A stretch of DNA of 64,000 nucleotides, taken from Mobula hypostoma (Eukaryota). Where the stretch lies: the NCBI RefSeq assembly GCF_963921235.1, contig NC_086097.1, positions 146,694,001 to 146,758,000 of the forward strand, given 5' to 3'. The translations under genes and the position numbers were made by a program. The notes below the pieces were generated by a model. That model worked only from the letters and a program-made list of their open reading frames with translations, did no database searches and was not told the origin of the DNA. Positions 51,181 through 63,660 of the stretch are shown here, one piece after another; within the stretch, counting starts at the first letter, position 1; each line of letters starts with the position of its first letter.

Positions 51181-52064
51181 GAACTGGCATAGTCTTCATG
51201 GGCTGCATTCTCTCCTTCTTTGTGATAGTGATTGTTTTTATTTTGATTCTATAAAGTTTCAAGCTTGAAAAGTCAGATCTTCTCCACAGATATTTTCTGA
51301 TTCACTAAATAATTCAAGCACTTTCTATTTCATACTTTTAAAATGTTGTTTTGCTTTTGAACTCTTCCAGAATATTTAGTTTTGGATTCATGTCATTTTA
51401 ATGAATATTAGACAGTATCATTTATTTTCATCTACACTATTAATTCACTTACTTTGTTTATGAGTGCTTGTGATGGGTTACGACTGAGCTGGAAATTTCT
51501 GATAGATCTGCAGAAAATTGCTGGCTGGTTGTTTGAATGCTGGTGTATTTCAGATGTCCACACCAGTGCATTGTTGCATAGAACACACTTCAGGTGGGGT
51601 GGCAGAGTATTTGCCCTTCTGCTGGTCTCAACTCCAGAAACCTGGCCCTCCAGCTTACCCGGTGCCCCATTCATTTGAAAGGAGTCACTAATGTTCACTA
51701 AATTTTGATGTCAATGTTCATTGTTTTAAGTAATATTAATGCCGGTAATTAAATGTTATTGAGGTATTTTTGAAATTATTTTAAATTATTACCTCTTATA
51801 ATATTTTTAATGTTTTGTTTGCATTCTTTTAATTTCTTGTGAGCATGAAATATGCACAGACAACTTGCAAGAGGGCAGGTAAAGAACCAGCAGGGCCTAG
51901 CAAGGTGTGACCCAATGCTTTCAGTTTTAATTCCACTCTCCCCCCCCACCCCCTTTGCCTCCAATGTTATCTTTGTTGCAAATGTCATATTATCTTATTT
52001 AAATCTTTGACATCTCCCCATCCAAATCATTAGGCTGCTCAGTGTTGTTTTCCCTTTTTCACAG

Positions 52065-52865
52065 CAGATGGAATATAGTGTAGGGAAGCGTATGGTCATA
52101 CACTTTGGAAGAAGTAAAGGTGTAGTCTATTTTCTAAACGTGGAGAAAATTCAAAAATCAGAGGAGCAAAGGAACTTGGCAGGATTCCTCGTGCAGGATT
52201 CCTGAAAGGCTAACTTGCAATCAGCGATCAGGAAGGCAAATGAAATGTTTGCTTTCTTTTCAAGAGGATTAGAGTATAAGAACGAAGATGTAATGCTTCA
52301 TAAGGCATTGGTCAGATCAAAAGTGGAGTATTGTGAGCAGATTTGGGCCTCTTACCTAAGAAAAGGTGTGCTGACATTGTAGAGAATCCAGAGGAGATTC
52401 ACGAGAATGATTCCAGGAATGAAATGGTTAATATATGAGGCGTGTTTGATGGCTCTGAACCTCAGCTCACTGGAGTTTAGAGTAATGAGAAAGATCTCAT
52501 TAAGATCTATCGAATATTGAAAGTACTTGATTGAGTGGATGTGGAGAGAGTGTTTCGTATAATGGGGGAGTCTAGAGTTCGGACAGCCTCAGAATAGAGG
52601 GACATCCATTTAGAATAGAGGTGAGGAGGAATTTCTTTAGCCTGAGAGTAGTGAATCTGTGGAATTTATTGCTACAGATGGCTGTGAAGGCCAAATCATT
52701 AGGGATATTTAAAGCAGAGGTCAATAGGTTTGAGATTAATCGGGGCATCAGATATTATAGGGAGAAGGCAGATGAACTGGGAGTGATGATAAATCGGCGC
52801 TGATGGAATGGCAGAGCAGACTCGATAGGCTGAATGGCCTAATCCTGCTCCCATGTCTTAGTCTT
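52065..52865 (+). mobile_element. CR1 ORF2 3' fragment
   Basis: Similar to 48375-49195; RRNFFSLRVVNLWN; tail cctaatcctgctcccatgtctta. Confidence 0.92.
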
Positions 52866-54619
52866 TTGAATTCATCCCTAACATTCAATTTCCTCCACTG
52901 TCTCTGAGAGACTGTGCTGGGTACATTTGGTTAAATGCAGTGCAGTTATCTAACAGCATCCCCAAACCCTGGGAACTCTATGACGCAGAAGGAGAATTTA
53001 CCAGGCGATGAGGATAGAACCTTCTACAGGTTTTCCTCCAAATCACAAGTTCATCTGCTTTGGAAATATATTTATATTCCTTCATTTTCACTAAATTCTG
53101 AAACCTCCTACTCAACATAAATTTCACAAGAGGGCCGGCAGAGTTTCAAGAAAGTGACTCACTGTCACCTTCTCAATGACATGAGTAATGAATGTTGACC
53201 ATGTCAGAGATATATTTATGCTAAAAAAAATTAAATAAAAATTCTCCTAATAAGTTCCATCTTTCAGTGTCCTCACCTATTACTATTGTTTAAAACCCTT
53301 TCTAACATTCTAGTTATTCACCATCTTATTGGTATGTCACCTCCACCTTAACACTCATTTCCTCCAACAGTGGTGTATTTTGGCTGCTTTGTACATGATC
53401 AGTAAGATGCATGGAAGCCAATAACTACTGATTCTTTTATAGCACCTCTCAAGCCTGCAACCTCAACCATTTGAAAAGACAAAGACCACATGGACATCAA
53501 AACATCCCTTGTAAGTTTCTTGCAAAATCATGGACCCTGTTGAAATCATGTTCCTTCATCAGTAGGTTGTCACAATCCTATCGCTCTTTACTCATTAACG
53601 GTGAGGGAGAACCTTCACCACAACACAGTGGCTCAACTCCTGTCTCACAAGAACACTTGAAATGGACACTGAATGTGATCCTACAAATGAATAAACAAGT
53701 GGATAAAATTATTGCATTATCATCTAATCATAATGAAATCAATAGACATTAGTATCTTGGAACTTCTATTGAAAAAGAAACATTAGCACGAACATGCAGT
53801 CTGGCCTGCTGAGTATTTCCAACATTTTCTGTTTTAATTATGCCCTGCTAGCTGCCTCCTGGTCAGGGGTCAGCAAAGCCATTAAACACTGCTATAAAAG
53901 TTTTAAAAATATCATTCTGGGAACTTGCCTCATACAACAAAAATATCAAAAACTGATTCAACAAAAAACTCATCCGGCTGCAACTGAGCAATGTAAATGT
54001 TTTCCTCCCGTGATATTTCTTCTTGGAAAGGGCAAATATATAGACTATCAAAGCCAATTTTTCATCAACCAACAGAATATTAACTTGAAGGCTGGTGATT
54101 CCTTTATACATAGATTTAGCTTTTTGGGCCTTTGTGTAACAATCTTTATTTTCTTGGATCAGATTTAAAATAAACAAGAAATTTCTCTTGGCAATCTATT
54201 TTATTGTTTTGTTAGGTCCATCAGAGGGCTGTATTCTGATCCAAATGCTTTGACAAGTGAATTCCTTACCTTAGAGGGCATTGAAGCTACCAGAGTGCAG
54301 GATCTGAGTTACATAAGGACAGTGCCGAGTAAGGATCACTGCATTTCAGAGAGGGAGTATTCAACAATTGGGCTTCTTTCCAATGGACAAAGGTATAGGA
54401 GTAAGACTTTGTAGCTGGGCTGCTAAGGAAAACTTTGGAGTCTCTGTTAATTCATTTCTACAGTCCCCTTTGTCATTTATATGACAGCTGGGATCCATTC
54501 CTGTGAATCTTCAGTCAATGCCTCCCGCAGTTAAAATCCCCTCAGCAGCCTCTAAAACAAGGCAATGATTCCTAATGGTTTGGATTGGGGCCCAGGAGTT
54601 AAATTCTCCATGGACCTTG

Positions 54620-55330
54620 ATACGTAAGTCTTCCAAGTCGTGTTCCCCACTCTGCATTAAAGAACAATTGCACCAGTTAAACTAGAGCCTGTGATTACTC
54701 GGCGTAAGCGCCGCTATTTTTATTCCGAGGCACAAATCACATATTCTGATTTCATTTTACTTGCTCTGACTGCAAAAGAATTGCCATTTTAATGCTAAAT
54801 TTCATGAAAAGTATAGTTCAACGAACAAAAAGCAACGCGGACATGCAGAAATAAATTACAGCACTTAGGCTTCTGCTGAGCAGTGGTTGAGAGGCTCATC
54901 TGTGGGATTGAAATGATAAGGGAGACAGACTTTTAGCATTTTCATACATCATCTGATTAATTACTACAATTATGTTAAAGGATAATAAAGAAATTACACC
55001 GTGGGAGGAAAGCCCAGGGTTAATAGAATCACGCTATAGATGCTAACAGAAACTATATTCAGGATACTTCCATTGTGACTAACTTGGGAGCAGAGCATGT
55101 AGTGGGGCGGAGGGAGGGAGCGAGAGAGAGCAAGCAAGCTATTTGAAGTTTAATTGGTATAATAAAAGATCATTAGTTCAAACAGCATCATATCTCATTG
55201 GAAAGTAACGTATGCAGCTTTTATACACTGATTGACACTTTGAGAGTGTGCCAATGGCCTTAATTGTAGCATATTTGTGGGATGCATTACAATCTTTCTT
55301 TAGCCATATTCAACTTCCAATATGTGTGCT
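54620..55330. promoter_or_regulatory. Candidate conserved non-coding element / enhancer
   Basis: No TE similarity recognised and no ORF; several retained CpGs; clustered TAAT/ATTA motifs (ctgattaatta, taaattac, ttaattgg). Inference only. Confidence 0.4.
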
Positions 55331-56014
55331 TGCTGAGGTTATTCATTAAAAAAAGCCATGGCCTACTGTGACACTCTACTGGTAACTCAGTGAGGAGCAG
55401 GGACAGGATCTGGCAAGTTTTGTTTCTGCACTTGGAATATTCCTTGCGGAGTTATGATATCTTGTAGGCTAGGATAAGTTTCCAGTGGTCGTAGATGCTC
55501 TATGTTAAATACAGCTGGCTCACTCTAATGGATTATGAAATAGAAATTGCCAAATATTATTGCAACACCAGAAGCAAAGATAGGAATTACGAAGTTGCTA
55601 TAATAAACCAACCTACACAGAACAGTTGTCTTTTAGTGTCTCCTGTGAAACCAGGGAAACTAATTAATGTGAATAATCATCAGGGTCACCCATATCAAAA
55701 TAGTTAATATATTGAAAATTTGAACAAAGGGAAGCAGGTCCAATGTCCTATTCTTATTAGTTAAACCTGATGATGACGATCCAGCTTTCTCTGTACTGAT
55801 CCATCAATACAATCATAATCACCTGCAAAGCGGTAGCAGGTGCTGTTTGCACTATTGGCTGGCAGCACATACCCATCAATGATCTTATCGAAACTCAGTT
55901 TTGGTTCAGACAAGACACACTTCAAATCAGGCAGGATTAAAAATGTGGAAACTTGGAAACAAAAGTGATATTCAGACTTCTATGTAGACCACACCTCTTT
56001 GCAGCATATGTTTG

Positions 56015-57560
56015 CAAGGATTGCGCCGTTCCCCCACCCCAGTTTCTCTGCCTCTTCCGCAACGTGGCTCAAGATGACATATTCCATTCCAGGATATCTG
56101 AAGTCTCCTCTTTTTTTTTTGGAAATGTGGCTTCCCATCTAGTTTCAGATGGTATCATAGTGGCAAGTGGAACACTTTACATCACCAGAGATGTTGTGGT
56201 TCAGTTCTCTCTGCTGCTTGCAAGGAGATTGTACGTTCTCCCTGTGATTGTGCGAGTTGCCTCCAACTGTCCTGGTTTCTTCCCACGTTCCTAAGATGTG
56301 CGATTTAGGGTTTGTGAGTTGTGGGCATGCTATGTAGTCACCAGAAGTATGACATCACTTGCAGACTGCCCCCAGCACATCCTTATAGTTCAATAGTTTG
56401 ATCTAATATCAGAGAAATGTATACAATGTACATCCTGAAATTCTTGTTCTTTGTAGACATCCACGAAAACAGAAGAGTGCCTTGAAGAATGAGTGACAGT
56501 AAAGACATTAGAACCTCGAAGCCCCCCTACTCCCCCCTCCCACGCACAAGCAGCAGCAAAACAATGACCCTCCCCCTCCCCCAATTACCTCAGCCCACCA
56601 AGCAAGCAATATTGGTCACTGACACAAGCAACTCATTTAATTGCATGTTTCAATGTTTTGGTGTATTTGTGACAAAGAAAAGAGAGTTAATCTTCTTATA
56701 TTCTTCTGTGGTTGATGAAGCCCTCACTCACATTTCCCTTATCTCCTGAGCATATGCTCCCCCCAAACTTTCATCCCTCTAGCTTTCACATCTACTTCAT
56801 CATTCTTCATAAATTCTGTTGATGCAGCAACATCCCACCTCTAGTCCTCCCCACCTCTTTCTGCCTGTTGCATGGACCACACTCTTCTCAAGTCCCTGGT
56901 CTACTCATCACTCTGCACCCAACACTCCTAGTATCCTTTCAAACAAGAGAAAACCTGCAGATGCTGGAAATCTGAGCAACACACAGAAAATGCTGAAGGA
57001 ACTCAGCAGGCCAGCCAGGCAGCATCTATGGAAAAGAGTACAGTCAATGTTTCAGCCCAAAACGTTGACTGTACTCTTTTCCATAGATGCAGCCTGTCCA
57101 GCAGAGTTCCTCCAGCATTTGGTGTGTGTTACTCGCAGAAACCTGGCACTTTTCTGTACCCAGAATGGGCATCCTGAGTTCCCAGTTGCGTGACATTTCA
57201 ACTACTGTTCCCATTCCCATACTAGCTTATCCATTCTGATTCGTCTCCAGAATCTGGTTGAGGCCAAGTGCAGGCTAGAGGAACAGTACCTGACATTCCA
57301 CATGGATAGTTTGCAACCCAAGGATATTAACATTGAACTTTCCAATTTCAGATAACCCATACCTCCTCTGTTTCCCCCTCCCACCTCTCTCACCTTCCAA
57401 TCCACCTCCAGTACTCCTATTTTGTCACCTTCACATTGTCCCTCCAACATGCCATCACACACCCTTCTGGTTCAATTGCGCTCACCGGATCTCTTCCCCT
57501 ATCCGATTCTATCTGCCCTTCTTTCTCCTCTAAAGGTTTCCATTATCACCTTCATTATTG
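56015..57560 (+). mobile_element. Old Penelope-like element with nested SINE and fold-back pLTR
   Basis: 56035-56150 resembles 36570-36670; 57200-57350 encodes the decayed GIY-YIG tail (RLEEQYLTF...LQPKDINIE); SINE at ~56158-56690. Confidence 0.65.
56942..57132. repeat. Fold-back pLTR palindrome
   Basis: Perfect 26-bp inverted repeat at 57022-57047 / 57065-57090, extended by imperfect arms. Confidence 0.9.
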
Positions 57561-57587
57561 CTCAGATTTCTCCAATCCTCTATCTAT

Positions 57588-57865
57588 CTATTTATATAGA
57601 GATTCAGCATGGAACGTACCTATTTGACGCAATGAGCTGCACCGCCCATCAATCCACCTAGTTAACCCTAGCTTAATCACAGGACAATTTACAATCACCG
57701 GTTAACCTCTAACCAGTACGTCTTTGGACTGTGGGAGGAAACCAAAGCACCCAGAGGAAACCCATGCAGTCTCGGAGAGAATGCGCAAACTCCTTACAGA
57801 TGGTACCAGAATTGAACTCTGAACTCCGATGACCCGGATGTAATAGCATCACACGACTGTTACAC
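57588..57865 (-). mobile_element. tRNA-derived V-SINE-like element
   Basis: Minus strand has gagttcaattc and the V-core ggtttcctcccacagtccaaagacgtac. Confidence 0.8.
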
Positions 57866-58814
57866 TTCAATTCTAGCGCAGATAGCCTTCACATTCCCAT
57901 TTATCATCCTGCTAACTTCCTCCGCCTTCACCCCTACTCCCCACACCTGGCTCCATCTACCTTTTTTGACTGGCTCCATCCATCATACCCCTGCCTCTGT
58001 CACCCAACTCCACCCCTTCAATCTACTTTGCTCCATCTGTCCATTATCTTTCATCCTGCCTCAGTTCCCTAATCACCTACTTCACCAACACTCCACTCCT
58101 CTTTATACTGGCTAACTTCCCTCTCCACTCAGTCTTAATTCAGGGTCTTGCCTCAAAACCCATCTTCAATCCTTCCCTCCCACCCCCAGCCAAAGGTGTT
58201 GTTTGACCCATTGAATTCCTCCAGTACATTGTTTGTTGCTCCAGACTTGCAATCACATTACCATTCCTCCATTGTCCCCAGTCAAAGTCACACAACTCAC
58301 AGCCAAACACACCGCTACCAACTAGACTGCAACTGTTCAAGTAGGCACATCAAGATTAATTTCTCAAGGATGGACTGCTGATCTTACATTAGTGTTCAAA
58401 TCCCATGAATAAATTTTTAAGTTGTCTTTTTGCAATTCTATATTCCATCTGATCTAATCTTACTTCTTGTCTTATGCTATGTATTTTAATAGCTCATCCA
58501 GTCTAAACACAGCACACTGCACAGTGTCTACGCAGTTTATATATCACTCGGTCTAATCTCAATCTACTGCAACATCTTGCTGCCGTTCTATATCACATCT
58601 AATCAAATCCCGCTCTTGAGTGTACTTCTCATTTCTTTTTCTGTGTCAGAAAGTTTAATCCCACTATCTACGAGATCAGGATCTATATTTTGGGGATATG
58701 GCCATTGCTGGCAAAGCCAGCAGTTATTGCCTATTGCTAACTGTCCTTGGGTAGCTGATTATCAGCCGCCGCCTTGAATTACTTCAGTACATCTACTGGA
58801 GGTGCTTTCTGCAA

Positions 58815-59002
58815 CTCAGGTTTGTAGTTTTTTTTTATTTGTCCAATTTGTCTTCTGTTGCACGTTGGTTGTTTGTCAAACATTTTTGTGTATAGTTTTT
58901 CATATATTCTATTGTATTTTGTCAATTTCCTGTAAATACCTGCATGTGAACTTCAAGGTGGAAATTGGTGAGATGTACTTACTTTGATAATGAATTTACT
59001 TT
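58815..59002 (+). mobile_element. Rex1-type 3' UTR fragment
   Basis: tacttactttgataatgaatttacttt tail, similar to 62640-62880. Confidence 0.55.
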
Positions 59003-59439
59003 GGCTGATAGTATTCTTTTGGGTACGATATTCCAGAAGTTTGATTCAGAGGCAAGCGATATACTTCCAAATCAGGATGGTATGAAACTTTGTGAAGGAC
59101 CTTCAGGCGGCCGTGTATCCATGTACGTGCCACTTTTATCTTGGTAGATATTTGGGTTAGGAAGTGCTATCAGACTATACTTGGTAAATAGTTACAATGC
59201 ATTTTGGTGATGTTACACACTGAACCAATATGCACCAGTAGTGAAGGGAGCATGGTTTAGGGTGATGGATCATGTCAAGCTTCTTGATAATTATCAGCTC
59301 TTTGCCCATCTAGGCAAATAGAGCGTAACTCATCAAGCTCAGACTGGCGCATTTTAGTGGTAGAAGAACACCCTGGAAGTGTAAAGAAGTTATTTAGCAT
59401 GAGATACTTAGCTCTAATCCGGTTTTATAGTTATGTAAC

Positions 59440-60135
59440 ACACGCAAAATGCTAGAGGATCTCAGCAGGCCAGGCAGCACCTATAGAAAAAAAGTACAGT
59501 CGATGTTTTGGGCCAAAACCTTCAGCAGAACTGGGAGACCGCTTCAACGAACACCTACATTCCATCCACCAGAAAAAGCAGGATCTCCCTGTGACCACCC
59601 ATTTTAATTCCACTTTTCATTCCCATTATGATATGTCTATCCATGGCCTAGTCCTCTGTCGTGATGAGGCCACTAGAGAAACAACACCTTATATTTTGTT
59701 TGGGTAGCCTTCAAACTGATGACATGAACATCGATTTCTCAAACTTCCAGTAATGCCCCCCCACTCTCCTGCACCATTTCCCATCTTCTTTTCCCTCTCT
59801 CACCTCATCTCCTTGCCCACCAATCACCTCCCTCTAGTGCTGCTCACCCCTTTTCTTTCTTCCATGGCCTTCTGTCTCTTTCACCAATCAACTTCCCAGC
59901 TCTTTACTTCTTCCCTCCTCCTTCAGCTTTCAACTATTACCTTGTGTTTCTCTCTCCCTTCCCCTCCCCCCTCCTTTTAAATCTACTTCTCAACCTTTTG
60001 CCCCAGTCCTGCTGAAGAGTTTCGTTCGGAAACGTCGACTATACTTTTCCTATAGGTGCTGTCTGGCCTGCTTAGTGCTTGCAGCATTTTGTGTGTGTTG
60101 TATGGATTTCTAGCATCTGCAGATTTTCTCATGCT
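59440..60135 (+). mobile_element. Penelope 3' fragment with inverted pLTR at its 5' end
   Basis: Minus pLTR ~59438-59535, GIY-YIG tail 59535-59753, plus pLTR ~60003-60133; possible TSD ttatgtaac/ttatgcaac (59431-59439, 60141-60149). Confidence 0.88.
60004..60040 (+). ncRNA. Minimal type I hammerhead-ribozyme-like motif (degenerate)
   Basis: agtc-ctgctga-agagtttcgttcg-gaaacgtc-gact: stem I agtc/gact and GAAACGUC intact; first box and stem II mutated. Confidence 0.55.
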
Positions 60136-60574
60136 TCTATTTATGCAACTGTATCAGTTGAGTTCCTGGTCAACAGTATAACCCACACCAGGATATTAAT
60201 GGTGAAGTGCTGAACGATCGTGATGTCTTTGAATATCAAAGGTAGAAAGTTGGACTCTCTGATATTGGAGATGCTCATTGTATGGCACCTATTAACTTTC
60301 AACTCTTTTTAAAATAATTGATGCAACCCTTTTTAAAGAGCATTTGTACTCTGATTCTATGGTGTTTAAAAGTGATCTCCATGTTCTGACAAAAACGGTT
60401 CTCTGCATTTATGTCTTCATTACGATGTCACAGACCAGTGGGAAACGTTTACTGCATTGACCTTATAACCCAATAAAATCTTGAAGTGCTGAGGCAGGGT
60501 CTCAACCTGAAATGACAACTATCCCTTTGTGTCCACAGATGCAGCCTGACCTGCTGAGATCTGCCAGCAATTTG

Positions 60575-60885
60575 TATTAAAGGCATCCGTTAGTTTTGCG
60601 AGACCATGGACCTGCGCCTGGAAAGTCTTCACTCTCCAGGGTGCAGGCCTGGGCAAGGTTGTACGGAAGACCAGCAGTTGCCCATGCTGCAAGTCTCCCC
60701 TATCCATGAAACCAATGTTGTCCAAGGGAAGGGCATTAGGACCCATACAGCTTGGCACCAGTGTCGTTGCAGAGCAATGTGTGATTAAGTGCCTTGCTCA
60801 AGGACACAACATGCTGCCTCAGCTGGGGCTCCAACTCATGACCTTCAGGTCACTAGTCCAATGCCTAACCACTTGGCCACGTGCC
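60575..60885 (-). mobile_element. tRNA-headed SINE with CORE-like body and RTE-like tail
   Basis: Minus strand: ggcacgtggccaagtggttagg (A box), gagttggagccc (B-box remnant), gtgtccttgagcaaggcacttaa, tail ccatggtctcgcaaaactaacggatgcc. Confidence 0.8.
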
Positions 60886-61519
60886 CAATTTGTATTATGA
60901 CCCTGGTTATAGCATCTGTAGTATTTGGTGTCTCCAAAATCTTGAATACTTTGACACAGTGTTTTGGTTTTCCTAATGTGGTTGCCTGCATTTGTGATTG
61001 ATTTATTCTGAGCCATGAAGTCTCTTTGCAGCCTTGCAGCTGTAGTTTCTTTAGTCATTTAATATAGCAGTTAATTACCATTTTACCTCAACCAGTGACA
61101 CTTGTTAATGGAACTAAAGAGCTGCTTTCATTAGTATATCCTTTACAATACCATTTCTTCAAGCAATGGATAATCTGCCTTAAACAACTTCAAGAATGAA
61201 TGGAGCATAAATTTGGATTTATGCTACTCCAAGGACAAATTCAAGAAAGTCAGTTTGAATTTGTCTCTTGAACTCTGTCATCATCTTGCAAGTGTCTGAA
61301 GTTGCTGAATTATGTAAGACTGAAAACTAGTTTGATTAAGGACATAGTCAGATATTAATACATAATTCAGAAGGCAAAAAGATATCAAGAACACTTGCTT
61401 GTTTGGAGGACTTGGTATGAATTTTAAAAAGCAGGTGGGGCCTTTCAAAAGCTTTCAATAGGTTTGAGACATTGTGATTTATTAGGAACTTAGCAAAGAT
61501 CTGAGAAAAGAAGTTGGGT

Positions 61520-62200
61520 TTAAGAGGAGTGACAATTGTGGGAGTAGACATAATGTGAGTGGGCCAGTGTTAGAGTGGAGAGGTTGAGGCTTTGGTTCAA
61601 GAGGCTTGGGCAAAAAGAAGCAAGGGCTAAAAGTAAGTTTCTGGTATGTTACTTTCTTTCTTTGCCTTGCTAGAGTAGGGAGAATGGCTCCATGCTTAGT
61701 GCTGTGTTCTACATGTCAGATGTGAGAGTTACCTCCCTGATAACAATGCCTGCATGAAGTTCATCCAACTGCAATTTCTTACAGACCATGAGAGGGGGTG
61801 ATAGATAGGAGCAATAGAAACCCCTAGGTTGCAGGAGGCCGGTAGTTGTGGTATTGCTGGGAGAGGGAATGGGAATAGGCTGACAGTGTACCTGATTGGC
61901 CATTTCCCTCAATAATGAGTACACTGCTTTGGATATTGTTGATGGGGAATAGGGTGTGGGGGTGGGGGTGGAACGTACTAGAAGAAAGCTGCTGCAACCA
62001 GGTCTGTGACACTGAGTCTGGCTCTGTAGCTGAGAAGGGCAGTGGGGAAAAGTGGAGTGCAGTGGTGACAGGGGATTCAATGGTTAGACCTTAGAGGAAC
62101 AGACAAGAGATTCTGTGTACGTGAAAGAGGCACAGAGATGGCATATTGCCTCTCAGGTACCAGGGTCAAGGATATCTCAGATTATGTCCACAGGATTAGG
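61520..62200 (+). mobile_element. CR1 5' UTR and ORF1 remnant (zinc finger, SGNH esterase)
   Basis: VLCSTCQM (~61699-61722), VTGDSMVR (~62065-62088), MAYCLSGTRVKDISD. Confidence 0.8.
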
Positions 62201-62599
62201 GCTCCGCTCCACAGAGTCTGGAGTCTGGAGCTCAGAAAACAGTCCAGGGCTTTGAAGGCTGTCCATGTGTCTGGGAGGGGTGAAGGAAAGGGGTTTGTTT
62301 TGCTGTTATTGTTTCATTGCTTGTTTTGTTGTTTGTTGTTCTATTGTTTCTATGTTGTTCTGCTGAACATTGTGGGTATGCTATGTACCAGAATGTGTGA
62401 TGACACTTACCAGCTGTCCCAGGCATGTGTTGGTCGTTAACACAAACAATTCATTTCACTGGCTGTTTCGGTATACACATGATAAATAATCAGAATCAGG
62501 ATCACTGCTGCTTTGAACTTGCAGCCTTTGATTGTTTTAACTCCAGCATGTTTGATTACTTACTCTTCCAAAGTTGAGATGTCCTCTTGCTCTTCTCAC

Positions 62600-62880
62600 T
62601 CTTTCCTGAACTCACCTGTGGACTCACTTTCAAGGACTCTTCATCTCATGCTCACAATATTATTGCTTATTTACTTGTTATTATTTTTATTATTTCTTTT
62701 TTCTTTCTTTTTGTATTTGCACAGTTTGTTGTCTTTTGCACACTGGTTGTTTGTCAGTCCTGCAGGGTGTGGTCTTTCATTGATTCTATTGTGTTTCTCA
62801 TATTGATTGTGATTGCCCACAAGAAAATGGATGTCATATATGCATTTTGATAATAAATTTACTTCAGACTTTTGAACTTC
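62600..62880 (+). mobile_element. Rex1-type 3' UTR fragment
   Basis: ttgtatttgcacagtttgttgtcttttgcac...ttgataataaatttacttcagacttttgaac. Confidence 0.65.
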
Positions 62881-63069
62881 TGGAGACTTTACCTTCCTGA
62901 TTTATTTTCATTTTATCATGTCCAGTATGTTAAAATCCAAGAACCAATGCTTCTTGACTTATGTTAACTTCTCCCACAAGACTTTATATGTTCTGTTGCC
63001 ATTTCGAGACATAGATTCATTGCTGTGGGTTATCAAAACTAGGAAAAGATGAGGAAGTGAATTGCAGTC

Positions 63070-63295
63070 AAAAATATTCCTGCTGCTACCTGTAAGAAGT
63101 TTGTATGTTCTCCCTGTGACTGCTGAGATTCCTTTGGGTACTCTAATTTTCCTGTACCGGTTGGAGTTCAATTGATCATTGTAAATTGTCCTGTGATTAC
63201 ACTAGGATTAAATTGGGGTATTGCTAAGTGGTGCGGCTCAGTGGGCTGGAAGTACCTATTCCACGCTGTATCTCAATAAATAAATAAATAAACCA
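63070..63295 (+). mobile_element. V-SINE-like fragment with (TAAA)n tail
   Basis: ctgtaagaagtttgtatgttctccctgtgac...ctgtatctcaataaataaataaataaa. Confidence 0.75.
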
Positions 63296-63399
63296 AACAA
63301 GGAGCTGCGTATAAGCTAAATTGCAAAGTAAAAGAGCACAATAATTTAATGTTAGGACCTTATATTATACTCAGTTTATCTGCACTATCAAAGCTGCTT

Positions 63400-63660
63400 C
63401 TACTCCTTAAGCATGTCACCCCTTCTGTGGCACAGGTCGCCACAGCAACTCACTGGAGTCCTCTGTCCTGGGCGAGCCTCCCAGCCTTTCAAGGTGTAGC
63501 CCATTGAAAATCCTTCCTTTCCCAGGGATGATGAAGTCTTTGGAGCCTCTGTTTGATGCTCCTATATTGCTAGGCTTTTACAGGATGGGCTGCAAGCTCC
63601 AAGCCTAACCCCCCTCCTTTCACAGCCGGGCTTGGACCGTCCATGGTGCAGTTGTCAAAG
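63400..63660 (-). mobile_element. Short bipartite RTE derivative with twister-like 5' end
   Basis: Minus strand: cggtccaagcccgg...aaaggagggg, then gcagcccatcctgtaaaa (RTE 5' UTR-like), joined to an RTE 3' end (ctcgcccaggacagagga = LAQDRG). Confidence 0.75.

Noticed and set aside
53794..54177. Opposing ORFs of 124 and 104 aa in unique-looking DNA
   Set aside because: No recognisable domain; the start overlaps a decayed pLTR end; length is compatible with chance.
60810..60885. tRNA-like sequence on the minus strand
   Set aside because: It is the head of a SINE: decayed T-arm, no acceptor stem, and it continues into a SINE body.
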